Shown: piece after piece, positions 57,801 to 64,000 of the stretch
How positions within the stretch are numbered: position 1 is the stretch's first letter
How the letters are laid out: the number at the start of each line of letters is the position of its first letter
From: Dongiaceae bacterium
Lineage (GTDB): Bacteria > Pseudomonadota > Alphaproteobacteria > Dongiales > Dongiaceae
Direction of reading: 5' to 3'
Length of the DNA stretch: 64,000 nt
Assembly: GCA_035539215.1 (NCBI GenBank)
Contig: DATLIX010000183.1
Location: 1,993 to 65,992, forward strand
The notes under the pieces: model-generated
Database searches by the model: none
The model's input: the letters and a program-made list of their open reading frames with translations, nothing else
Told to the model about the DNA's origin: nothing
Translations under genes and position numbers: made by a program

Positions 57801-59773
57801 TCGCCATCCGTCAGGGTATAGGTGAAGACGTCATCCACGCCGCCCGGCGTTCCGGCATTGCGCTGATAGCTGTAGGAACCGTCGGCATGGATGGTGAGGA
57901 CACCATAATGGCCGTTGATCACCGTATCGCCGGAAGCGGCGACGGCGGCAGCGCTGCCGCCATAGCCGCTGACATGGGTGACGCTGGCGCCGTCCGCGCC
58001 CTTGGTATCGGCGCCGAGAATCCAGGTGGCGGTGCCGGCACCGGTGATGACATTGCCGCTTTCCGCCTGATGGCTGCCCGCCGTCACGTAATCGACGTCA
58101 TTGCGGGCGGCCGGCATGTCGTCGACGATATGGATGGCAAGGCTGCCGTTCGCGCTGTCGCCATCCTTATCGGTGACGACGATGCTGAAGTCGTCCTGGG
58201 TATGGTCGCCCTGGGTATTGTGGGTGAGTTCGTAGACATAGGTGACGACGCCGTTCTTCACCGCGAGAATGGTCAGTGTGCCGTCCTGCCCGTGGATCTG
58301 CGCACCGGCAACGACCGCGACGCCGTTGATGGTCACGGAAGCCGGGCCGTCGCCCTGGCTGTAGGTGAAGCTGCCGGCAGTGTATTTCGCCAGCGACCAG
58401 GCGGCGGAGCCGTTGGGCAGGCCGGCTTCATAGACCGTGTCACCCCCGCAATTGCCGATCGTGACTGTCGGTGTCGCATCGTCGATATGCACGGTGAGGG
58501 TCGCCGAGGTCGTATCGCCGTCGCCATCGGTCAGGGTATAGGTGAAACTGTCATCGACACCACCCGCGGTGCCGGCACTGCGGGTATAGGTGTAGGAGCC
58601 GTCGGCGGCGATGGTCAGCACGCCATATTCGCCGAGGATCGTGGTTGCGCCACTGCTGGAGACGTCGCTGTTGCCGTTGGCACCGGTGATATGCGTAACG
58701 GTAGCGCCGTCGGCGCCCTTGACGTCGGCATCGGCGGCGCTGTCCTCGCCGGCCGCCGTGACGACATTGCCCTGATGGCCGCTATAGTCGCCGGGCGCGA
58801 TGCTGAGCGAATCGTTCTGGGCCGTCGGCACGTCGTCATGGATGCCGATCACGAGCGTGCCGCTTCCCTGGTCACCATCGGTATCGGTGACGACGACGGA
58901 AACGCTGTCCGTCGTCGTGTCGCCGCTGGTGTTATGGGTGAGCGTATAGGTGTAGCTGAGCTGCGCTCCGTTCCAGCCGGTCAGTGTCAGATTGCCGTCC
59001 GCCGTCGGGATGGTGATGGGATTGGCCGACAGATTGCCGAGTTCGGAAGCCGTCACGACCACGCCGTTGACGGTGACGCTGGCAACGCCGTCCGGCGCCG
59101 TAACGGCGATGACGCCGCTGGTGATGTTGGAATTGTTGCCGTGCGCCGAGCCCTGGGGCAGGCCGGCCTCATCGACTTCCGTCCCGGCACTGCCGAGAAC
59201 CGGCACCGTCAGCGACGCCAGAGCATCGCCGCGCACAAGATTGGCCTCGTCCGGCGCGATCTGCTGATATTGCAGTTCAGTGGCGCCGATGAGCCCCATC
59301 TCGCCGAGGCCGCCGAGGCCGCCGCCATTGTTGAAACTGAGGAAGATACCGGAACCGGTAGCCCCGGCCGGCCCGGCCGCAGGACCGGCAGCGGTCTGAA
59401 TGTCGAGATTGGGATCGGTGGCGGCAATGACCGAGGCGACGTCGATGGTGTGGCCTTTGTCATCCTTGACCGTCACGCTCTCCTGCTGGTTGGCCTCGGT
59501 ATAGCCCTGCAGGATGACGATACGATCGCCGAGCTTGATGGCGAGATTACCCTGTTCGCCGATTTTGGCCTGAAAATCTCCGTCGAAAGGAAGCGTAACC
59601 GTTTCGCCCGGCGCCGCTTGAACGCGCGCAACATTCTGCCCGTTGTTAAACTGGACCTGGACCGCGGCACCCTGTCCGCCCTGCTGACCGTTCAGCACCG
59701 CAGCAGCCGCCGCATCAGCCGGCTTGGTACCGGTCGTATTGTTTGCAGTCCCTTGGGAAGTATTCGTCGCCAC
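51851..59773 (-). CDS. Giant Ig-like/VCBS repeat surface adhesin (LapA-like, probable T1SS substrate)
   Basis: About 2640 aa, Gly/Thr/Asp-rich, many DGSYTY / FTYTLTDGDGD / DDxPTA repeats. No Sec signal; RTX-like GGGGDDTI near the C-terminus. GGAGA RBS before GTG 59773. Confidence 0.88.
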   Translation of the reverse strand: MATNTSQGTANNTTGTKPADAAAAAVLNGQQGGQGAAVQVQFNNGQNVARVQAAPGETVTLPFDGDFQAKIGEQGNLAIKLGDRIVILQGYTEANQQESVTVKDDKGHTIDVASVIAATDPNLDIQTAAGPAAGPAGATGSGIFLSFNNGGGLGGLGEMGLIGATELQYQQIAPDEANLVRGDALASLTVPVLGSAGTEVDEAGLPQGSAHGNNSNITSGVIAVTAPDGVASVTVNGVVVTASELGNLSANPITIPTADGNLTLTGWNGAQLSYTYTLTHNTSGDTTTDSVSVVVTDTDGDQGSGTLVIGIHDDVPTAQNDSLSIAPGDYSGHQGNVVTAAGEDSAADADVKGADGATVTHITGANGNSDVSSSGATTILGEYGVLTIAADGSYTYTRSAGTAGGVDDSFTYTLTDGDGDTTSATLTVHIDDATPTVTIGNCGGDTVYEAGLPNGSAAWSLAKYTAGSFTYSQGDGPASVTINGVAVVAGAQIHGQDGTLTILAVKNGVVTYVYELTHNTQGDHTQDDFSIVVTDKDGDSANGSLAIHIVDDMPAARNDVDYVTAGSHQAESGNVITGAGTATWILGADTKGADGASVTHVSGYGGSAAAVAASGDTVINGHYGVLTIHADGSYSYQRNAGTPGGVDDVFTYTLTDGDGDSSSASLTIKIGDAHPDAHVPNEGGSGAKVFEAGLADGSHHGNGSNVTSGAITYTQGDGPATVTIGGVAVTGVGQTISGQFGTLTITSVGNGTIGYSYTLADNSSGDHTHDTFSVVVTDVDGDKSSANLTIDIVDDTPTAHNDSGEVATGTYSVAGSVITNDTKGADGATVSKITGAGGADSSFDPHGHLVIAGQYGTLTISADGSYTYDRAPGSKGGVTDTFTYVLKDGDGDTSSATLTINIDDAKPTLHVPDAHDAGTAVDEAGLASGSHRGDGSNVTSGVMTYSEGDGPAAITINNQTVHAGDTVTTAAGTLHIDAIANGEIHYTYTLTHNTSGDATTDTFNVVVQDKDSDKASATLTIGIVDDRPTAVVDTGSTGSGGTITKDAASGIEANDTFGADGRSGGGVVGVSHGATTGAIGDPTGIHGDYGTLYLNSDGSYVYKANADVGGDDVFTYTIKDGDGDTTTATLTIHVDKVTPGTLVSSIIVDEANQPTVGSNHVTQPNAVTGYLDLGGASIQAGIYFTAHGILDLNASGKYTYTLFAPYNDGKADDTAGISTGDVFTVQTSDGHGNHGTAVITINIKDDVPHAVLDTGEIGSGATLKADAAHGVSSNDGTGADWAGAAVTGVSHNGTSGAIGDPAGIRGDHGTLYLNADGSYTYKADADASGDDVFTYMMKDGDGDASSTTLTIHVDQVTPPTITGAVTVDEANLPAGGSNHHATPDTVTGDLALNGLAISAGTYATAHGVLTIDAAGHYSYTLTSPYNDGKADSQAGTATGDTFTLPTTDANGNHGTATVTITVKDDVPQAVLDTAEIGAGKTLTVDAIHGVSGNDTAGADGATISGVSHGAASATIGDPAGIRGDHGTLYLNADGSYTYKADANASGDDVFTYSLKDGDGDISIATLTVHIDAIPTLHVPGTGDAGTSVNEAGLTSGSHAGNGSNVTTGTFTYTEGDGPATITVNNQVIHVGDTVTTATGSLHVDSIGNGTVGYTYTLTHNTSGDSTADAFNVVVQDKDGDQATGTLTIGIVDDVPLAASGNATVDEDAIAAGHLGSPGIEGGSGDIGVVANTAHLSLTNLTFGADGGHVSFDTAAQPANLTSDGLTVQYRTESATVNGHAVQTLVGYIEYHSADNNSTTDVSIFTLTVDPTAKTADFTLLQPLDHPNATTEDNLDLGLKYTVTDGDGDKAVGTITVTVNDDSPTAGTVSSPAVTEPGIAGATGAASYEVDAGNYGNNAHIAVSAGFIDGNGNLLTINGDTPSINTNGAADGTTGLGVTSGTDGSGAARFDEVNYLGNGSQNYYSETMIFSLKDTDKVATTATVNLSEFYSNEGGVGDEKGAYILYKDGVAVSGWVEFEASSTSGKMALTITGPAGGFDEIRFVAVQGSANPNGNAGSDSSDFSVHDVTFNVVDTPHVSSVTGSLPAAFGADGPGSVALADGPTGLTYNGIAIVNTLVNGILVGKAGDTVVYSLALSSDGHGGYGYEFDLAKPIDGTQNGHPLAFNYNVTDNDGDTAHGTINVNVTDAVAASLGGDVILTNSLDGGFNVSDFALLRNDSGAGLSVTGVSIKGSDSGTASHSGTTGTTYQFSGGANDFTGSGTQNESNGNADKWGDNQNNATAIARSYFAQSGTALDTGTLQLTGAINSATDNDVFKLHLQAGEVLYGSILGAGGQKANVDVEIYDAHGNLVAQSGYQTATHGWGYYNVPSDGDYYIVIDGQSGNGNATSGGQGNYELDLNVLSQATTGGSFHYQAGGSETTVTVDGVSGGHYYGNDQHIVQGTGANEILVGDSHQHNYLNGGGGDDTIMYQVGDTVDGGGNSHAGQNGDLGGSYLGDVLDVSGLTGAVDVHGAVADGHIKNIDTISMTGGASESVELNIGDVLQIGNGTFHPTSDAISGLQVKDTVKVEGSAGDTLTLDHGSGNGQWVNITDHVNNAPSDHQVFAYDQNGGSFSANDVQGYVVVSNNVTVLDEHHQIIPQI

Positions 59774-60227
59774 GCTCGATCTCCGGAAAACGATGACACC
59801 GGGGAATACCCGGCCATTCGGTCTGGCGGCGCTGGGCATCGACCCTCAAACGCCACCATGAACATGGGGACGGATATAGGCCTTTTGTTCTTAATAAAGC
59901 TTAAAAGTCGCGGATTTCGCCACACCATTATGTGTGTTCGCGGAGAAATTTACCGAAAGTGGTAATATTATTGCACGCTTTGGGGTGAGAGAAGCGGCTA
60001 ATCCCATAGAAAATATGTAGTTCCTATGACGGAATAACTCGCTCTGATTGAGCGGATTGTGACACTTTTTCTTCAGGTTGCTGCAGCCAAACCGGCAAGC
60101 GCCCGGGGCCCGCTGGCCTCTCATTCAGACAAAATTTCGCCTGATCAACGGCCGGCAGCCCTTCCTTCAAGCAGATAGGAAAGCCGGCGGCGCACCACAT
60201 ATCGAGGATATCCGCCGGCGCTGCGCG

Positions 60228-60713
60228 CTAATTCCATAAAAGACCGGCGGTCAAGGCCACCGCCGCCAGGGCGGCGCAGCCCGTCCGCAGGTGATTCCAC
60301 ATCGTCCAGCTGGTGAGATATCGGCTCCAGAGCGCCGCACCTTCGGCACTTGCGGGAGATATGTCGGCCAGTGATTCATTCAGCGGCACATTGAAGACCA
60401 TGGTGACCAGAACGGTCCCCACGACATAGAGCGCACCACCCGCAATCACGCAGATCATCTGTGGCTCGTGCCAGCGAAACAGCGCGGCCGCTATCAGCAC
60501 GAGGCACAGGACGGCCGTTCCCATGAAGCTGCCGAGAAAAAGCGGATTGAGCACAGTGATATTGATCGACTGCATGGCGGCAATGCCCTGCTCCGCCGGT
60601 AAACGGCCGAGCGCCTGCATCACGAAGGAAGAGAAGGCAAAGAACACACCGGCAATCAGGCCAGATCCGACAGCGGATATCAGGATCAGGCCGGGCAACA
60701 GAATGGCAATCAT
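60228..60713 (-). CDS. DUF1772 / anthrone oxygenase family membrane protein
   Basis: GVFFAFSSFVM.AL, AMQSIN, NVPLN, WT.WNHLR. Start trimmed to 60713. Confidence 0.85.
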   Translation of the reverse strand: MIAILLPGLILISAVGSGLIAGVFFAFSSFVMQALGRLPAEQGIAAMQSINITVLNPLFLGSFMGTAVLCLVLIAAALFRWHEPQMICVIAGGALYVVGTVLVTMVFNVPLNESLADISPASAEGAALWSRYLTSWTMWNHLRTGCAALAAVALTAGLLWN

Positions 60714-60773
60714 GTTTCCTCCGTCAGCTGGAATCTGGTTCTCGCGACGCGCCGCTTCCGGCTCGCCCAAAAC

Positions 60774-60815
60774 ATGAGTAATCCTCATATTGACAATGTG
60801 ATAAACCCTCATATT
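60774..60815. promoter_or_regulatory. Tandem TetR operators in the divergent promoter
   Basis: ATGAG-TAATC-CTCAT (60774-60788) and degenerate GTGAT-AAACC-CTCAT (60798-60812) flank TTGACA at 60790. Confidence 0.65.
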
Positions 60816-60847
60816 TTATCTGGCAAGAGAAACTTCGCAGGCAGATC

Positions 60848-61510
60848 GTGACGAAGAAAAGTGTCGAACCAGCGGGCGCGCAGCAGTCGAAGCCCTCGGC
60901 GGCTGGCCGCCTGCCCACCCAGCAGCGCAGCCGGGACCGGGTTGAACGCATTTTGGAAATCGCCACCGGCCTGATCGAAGCGGGCGGGTGCGATGCGCTG
61001 CGCATGAGCGAGATCGCCGCCGGCGCGGAAATCTCGATCGGCTCGCTTTATCAATATTTCCCCGATAAGTCGGCGGTCATCCGCCGCTTGGCCGAGCGCT
61101 TCAATGCGGCAGGGCGGGCCTGTGTGGCCGCCGAACTGGCGCAGGTGCAGCTGGCTGGCGACATCAAGGCGGCGCTAAAGCGGGTGATCGACGGATATTA
61201 CGCGATGTTTCTCGCAGAACCGGTCATGCGCGACATCTGGTCGGGAACCCAGAACGACAAGGCGCTTCTTGCGCTGGAAGCGGAAGACAATCGCGCCCAC
61301 GGCAAAATGCTGGCGGAAACGCTGCTGCGCCTCCATCCGGCAGCCGACCGGAAGGAGATCGATATATCTTCATTCCTGCTCATGCATCTGATCGCCGCGA
61401 CGGTGCGCCTCGCCATCACGCTACCCGATCAAGATGCACGGAACCTGATCGCCACCTTCAAACAGACGATGTTGGAAACCTTTCGCCTGCCGGCGCGGTC
61501 CAAGTCTTAG
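60848..61510 (+). CDS. TetR/AcrR family regulator
   Basis: PTQQRSRDRVERIL and HTH IAAGAEISIGSLYQYFPDK. Divergent from DUF1772. Confidence 0.92.
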   Translation: MTKKSVEPAGAQQSKPSAAGRLPTQQRSRDRVERILEIATGLIEAGGCDALRMSEIAAGAEISIGSLYQYFPDKSAVIRRLAERFNAAGRACVAAELAQVQLAGDIKAALKRVIDGYYAMFLAEPVMRDIWSGTQNDKALLALEAEDNRAHGKMLAETLLRLHPAADRKEIDISSFLLMHLIAATVRLAITLPDQDARNLIATFKQTMLETFRLPARSKS

Positions 61511-61652
61511 TGCTGCGTCTCGGCACTGGGTGTTGTGCCGGCGCACCAAGCCGTTCGGTGTTTCCGGATAACGCTGCGGTGAGATGAGGCTGGCGGTTCG
61601 ATCTTTCCGGAGAACGGTACAGGATCGAGCCGCCAAGAGTTGCAGCAACGAC

Positions 61653-62537
61653 TTAACGCGGGATCATCTTGCGATAGAGGTGCCATGTCGCATGGCCGAG
61701 GACCGGCATGACGACAACGAGGCCGATGAACAGCGGTATCGACCCGAGGATCAGCGCAATCGCAACGATGGCACCCCAGGCGGCCATGGTGCGCGGATTG
61801 CGCTCTACGGCACGCAGGGAAGTACGGACCGCCGTTCCCAGACCGATGTCGCGATCCAGCAGCAGCGGAAAGGAGACGACGCTGACCGACAGGGCCAGGA
61901 CGGCAAACAGGAAGCCGACGCCGCAGCCGAAACCGACCAGGGCAAGGCCGGCCGGTGTATAGAAGATGTCATGCAGGAAAGCCGCGATCGAAACCGGCGC
62001 ATCCGGCCCCAGCGTGAAGAAATAGATCACCTCGGCCGCCGCCAGCCAAAGCAGGAAGATCGCCATGAGGATAAGGCCGAGGACGACGATCGGCGTGATA
62101 TTCGGCGACCGCAACACGTCGAAGGCGTTGAGCCAGGTGATCTGCGCACCCTGCTCCCGCTGCCGACTCATTTCATAAAGGCCGACCGCTGCGAAGGGTC
62201 CGATCAGGGCAAAACCGGAAGCCAGGGGAAAAATCAAAGGCAGCATGTCATAGCCGAAAGCAAGCCGCGCGAGCACCAGCCCGGCCAGCGGATAGATGAC
62301 GCAAAGAAAGACCACATCCGTGCGATAGGCGCCGAAATCCTTGACGCCGCGTAGGATCGCGTCACGCAGATCCGCGATATCGACCCGCCTCACCACCGGC
62401 ATCGGTGCCGCAAGCTTTTCCGCCTGCATCCTGTCTTCTGCCCTGAGCAGGGACCGGCCGGCAGATTCAACCGCCGCGCCTGCATGCTTGATCTGGTCCC
62501 AGCCCCATTCAACGGGGTTCCGGATGGTGGAATCCAT
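61653..62537 (-). CDS. DUF2189 integral membrane protein
   Basis: PLASGFALIGPFAAVGLYEMSR, SVVSFPLLLDR, PVLGHATWHLYR. GGAGGA RBS before ATG 62537. Confidence 0.85.
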   Translation of the reverse strand: MDSTIRNPVEWGWDQIKHAGAAVESAGRSLLRAEDRMQAEKLAAPMPVVRRVDIADLRDAILRGVKDFGAYRTDVVFLCVIYPLAGLVLARLAFGYDMLPLIFPLASGFALIGPFAAVGLYEMSRQREQGAQITWLNAFDVLRSPNITPIVVLGLILMAIFLLWLAAAEVIYFFTLGPDAPVSIAAFLHDIFYTPAGLALVGFGCGVGFLFAVLALSVSVVSFPLLLDRDIGLGTAVRTSLRAVERNPRTMAAWGAIVAIALILGSIPLFIGLVVVMPVLGHATWHLYRKMIPR

Positions 62538-62878
62538 GGTCTGTCCTCCAGTCGCTGCTGCACAAAGTGAGTACGCGAGAACGCCACTAGCTGGTTGCAT
62601 GAATAGACGAAGATAGAGCGCGCTATATTCACAGCGCCGGCAGAGCAAGTCTCAGCCCTGCTTGTCGAGTGAGCATCCGGCCTGCCGCAACATGGGCCGG
62701 GTAAATATCGCCCTTCGCCCATTTGCCGAAGGCGAAGCGGGACCTCATGCGAACCTGTTTAGGAATCATAGGCCCATACGCCTAGCCTGTCACTAGGCTG
62801 CGGAAAATTGTGAAGGAACGCCAACCGCACCAGCACCCAGCTCTCAAATGGCATTTGCAAGGACCGTAATCCGTGCCG

Positions 62879-63946
62879 TCAAAAGGCCGGCAACAGCACG
62901 GCGGCGCCATCAAGACGCCCGGCGCGCAGGTCGGCGATCGCGCGGTTCGCATCGCTCAAGGAATAGCGCGTGATATGGGTTGTCACCGGCACAAGCGGCG
63001 CCAGCGCCAGAAAGGCCTCGCCATCCGCCCGTGTCAGATTGGCCACCGATCGCAAGCTGCGCTCGCGCCACAAGATCTCGTAAGGGAATGACGGTATGGC
63101 ACTCATATGAATGCCGGCACAGATCACCACGCCGGCCGGCCGCACGGCCCGGAGTGCCGTCGGCACCAGGGCGCCGACCGGCGCGAAGATGATCGCCGCA
63201 TCGAGTTCCGCCGGCGCCACCTCATCGGAGCCGCCGGCCCAGACGGCGCCAAGCCCGCGCGCGAAGGACTGCGCAGCCTGGTCGCCCGGCTTGGTGAAGG
63301 CGTAGACCTCGCGCCCTTCGAACCGCGCCACCTGGATCAGGATATGGGCGGCCGCACCGAAGCCATAAAGGCCGAGCCGCTTCGCTTCGCCGATCTGCCG
63401 ATAGGCGCGATAGCCGATCAGCCCGGCGCAAAGAAGCGGCGCCGCGGCGGCATCGTCGTAACTGTCGGGGATGGGAAAGCAGTAGCGCGCATCGGCAACG
63501 CAGAACTCACCGAAGCCGCCATCGATGTCATAACCGGTGAAGCGCGCTGCCGGGCAGAGATTTTCCTGGCCGGCGCGGCAATAGTCACACTGGCCGCAGG
63601 TCTCACCCAGCCAGGGAATGCCGACCCGCTGGCCGATATCGAGGCCCGACACGCCGGCACCAATATCGACGATGCGGCCGACCACCTCATGACCGGGGAC
63701 GAGATCCGGCTTGGGATGAGCCAGATCGCCGTCAAGGATATGCAGATCCGTGCGGCAGACGGCGCAGGCCGCGACCTTCACCAGAACCTGTCCGCGACCG
63801 GCCTCAGGCATCGGCCTTTCGATCGGAACGAGTTCAGCACGTAGCGAGGCTTCGCCGGCCCCGGCATCGCCCGGAATATCGCGGGGAACACCTTTTGTTG
63901 CCGATTTGTTGAAAACCATGGCGCGCATGGTGCGGCTGCCTCTCAT
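62879..63946 (-). CDS. Zinc-dependent alcohol dehydrogenase family protein
   Basis: VCRTDLH, GHEVVG, structural Zn CGQCDYC..ENLC, PLLCAG, GLYGFGAAA. Confidence 0.93.
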   Translation of the reverse strand: MRGSRTMRAMVFNKSATKGVPRDIPGDAGAGEASLRAELVPIERPMPEAGRGQVLVKVAACAVCRTDLHILDGDLAHPKPDLVPGHEVVGRIVDIGAGVSGLDIGQRVGIPWLGETCGQCDYCRAGQENLCPAARFTGYDIDGGFGEFCVADARYCFPIPDSYDDAAAAPLLCAGLIGYRAYRQIGEAKRLGLYGFGAAAHILIQVARFEGREVYAFTKPGDQAAQSFARGLGAVWAGGSDEVAPAELDAAIIFAPVGALVPTALRAVRPAGVVICAGIHMSAIPSFPYEILWRERSLRSVANLTRADGEAFLALAPLVPVTTHITRYSLSDANRAIADLRAGRLDGAAVLLPAF

Positions 63947-64000
63947 GCTTCAGTCCTCGATGCTATAGAGCATTCCTCATCCTGCGACGCGATCCTGCCA

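Noticed and set aside
51851-59773. Repeats as a CRISPR array or mobile element
   Set aside because: The repeats are in-frame protein domain duplications within one ORF, with no constant repeat-spacer pattern and no cas genes.
59891-59904. CtrA-like TTAA...TTAA upstream of the adhesin
   Set aside because: The spacer is 6 bp instead of 7, in an AT-rich region.
55850-59965. Very long antisense ORFs (1371 aa here; also 23684-26185, 16402-18225, 52736-54628 and others)
   Set aside because: They mirror well-supported genes on the other strand, show no family motifs, and are expected from high-GC codon bias.
62751-62800. GAACCTGTTTAGGAATC resembling an IS or MITE end
   Set aside because: No matching inverted end, target duplication or transposase seen.

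Overview
High-GC alphaproteobacterial chromosomal DNA (Rhodospirillales/Hyphomicrobiales-like, inferred from gene content). It is densely coding, mostly on the minus strand, and I recognised no rRNA, tRNA, CRISPR array or transposase. From left to right: (1) start of a chemotaxis operon (STAS-cheY-cheA, truncated by the window edge). (2) A VirA/VirG-like two-component module with no T4SS or T-DNA genes: VirG-like regulator, long DUF1127 protein, diheme cytochrome c peroxidase-like protein translationally coupled to a VirA-like kinase, then a BBE-like FAD oxidase and an acyl-CoA ligase; two of its upstream regions share a vir-box-like promoter architecture at identical spacing. (3) MdtAB-like RND pump with an OmpR/HK pair and an MFS transporter. 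(4) Form I aerobic CO dehydrogenase cluster (coxC-like MHYT-LytTR, coxMSLDEF, mocA-like). (5) Two GntR-headed tripartite tricarboxylate transporter (TTT) catabolic operons with atypical enzymes, flanking a YegD-like Hsp70 and a short-chain CHR pair. (6) pcaR, pcaIJF and a dienelactone hydrolase. (7) A ~2640-aa LapA-like repeat adhesin with a LapG-type TAAG motif. (8) DUF1772/TetR, DUF2189 and a Zn alcohol dehydrogenase. The best candidate for an undescribed system is module (2). All family calls come from motif recognition by eye and from recalled family consensus; no database search was run.
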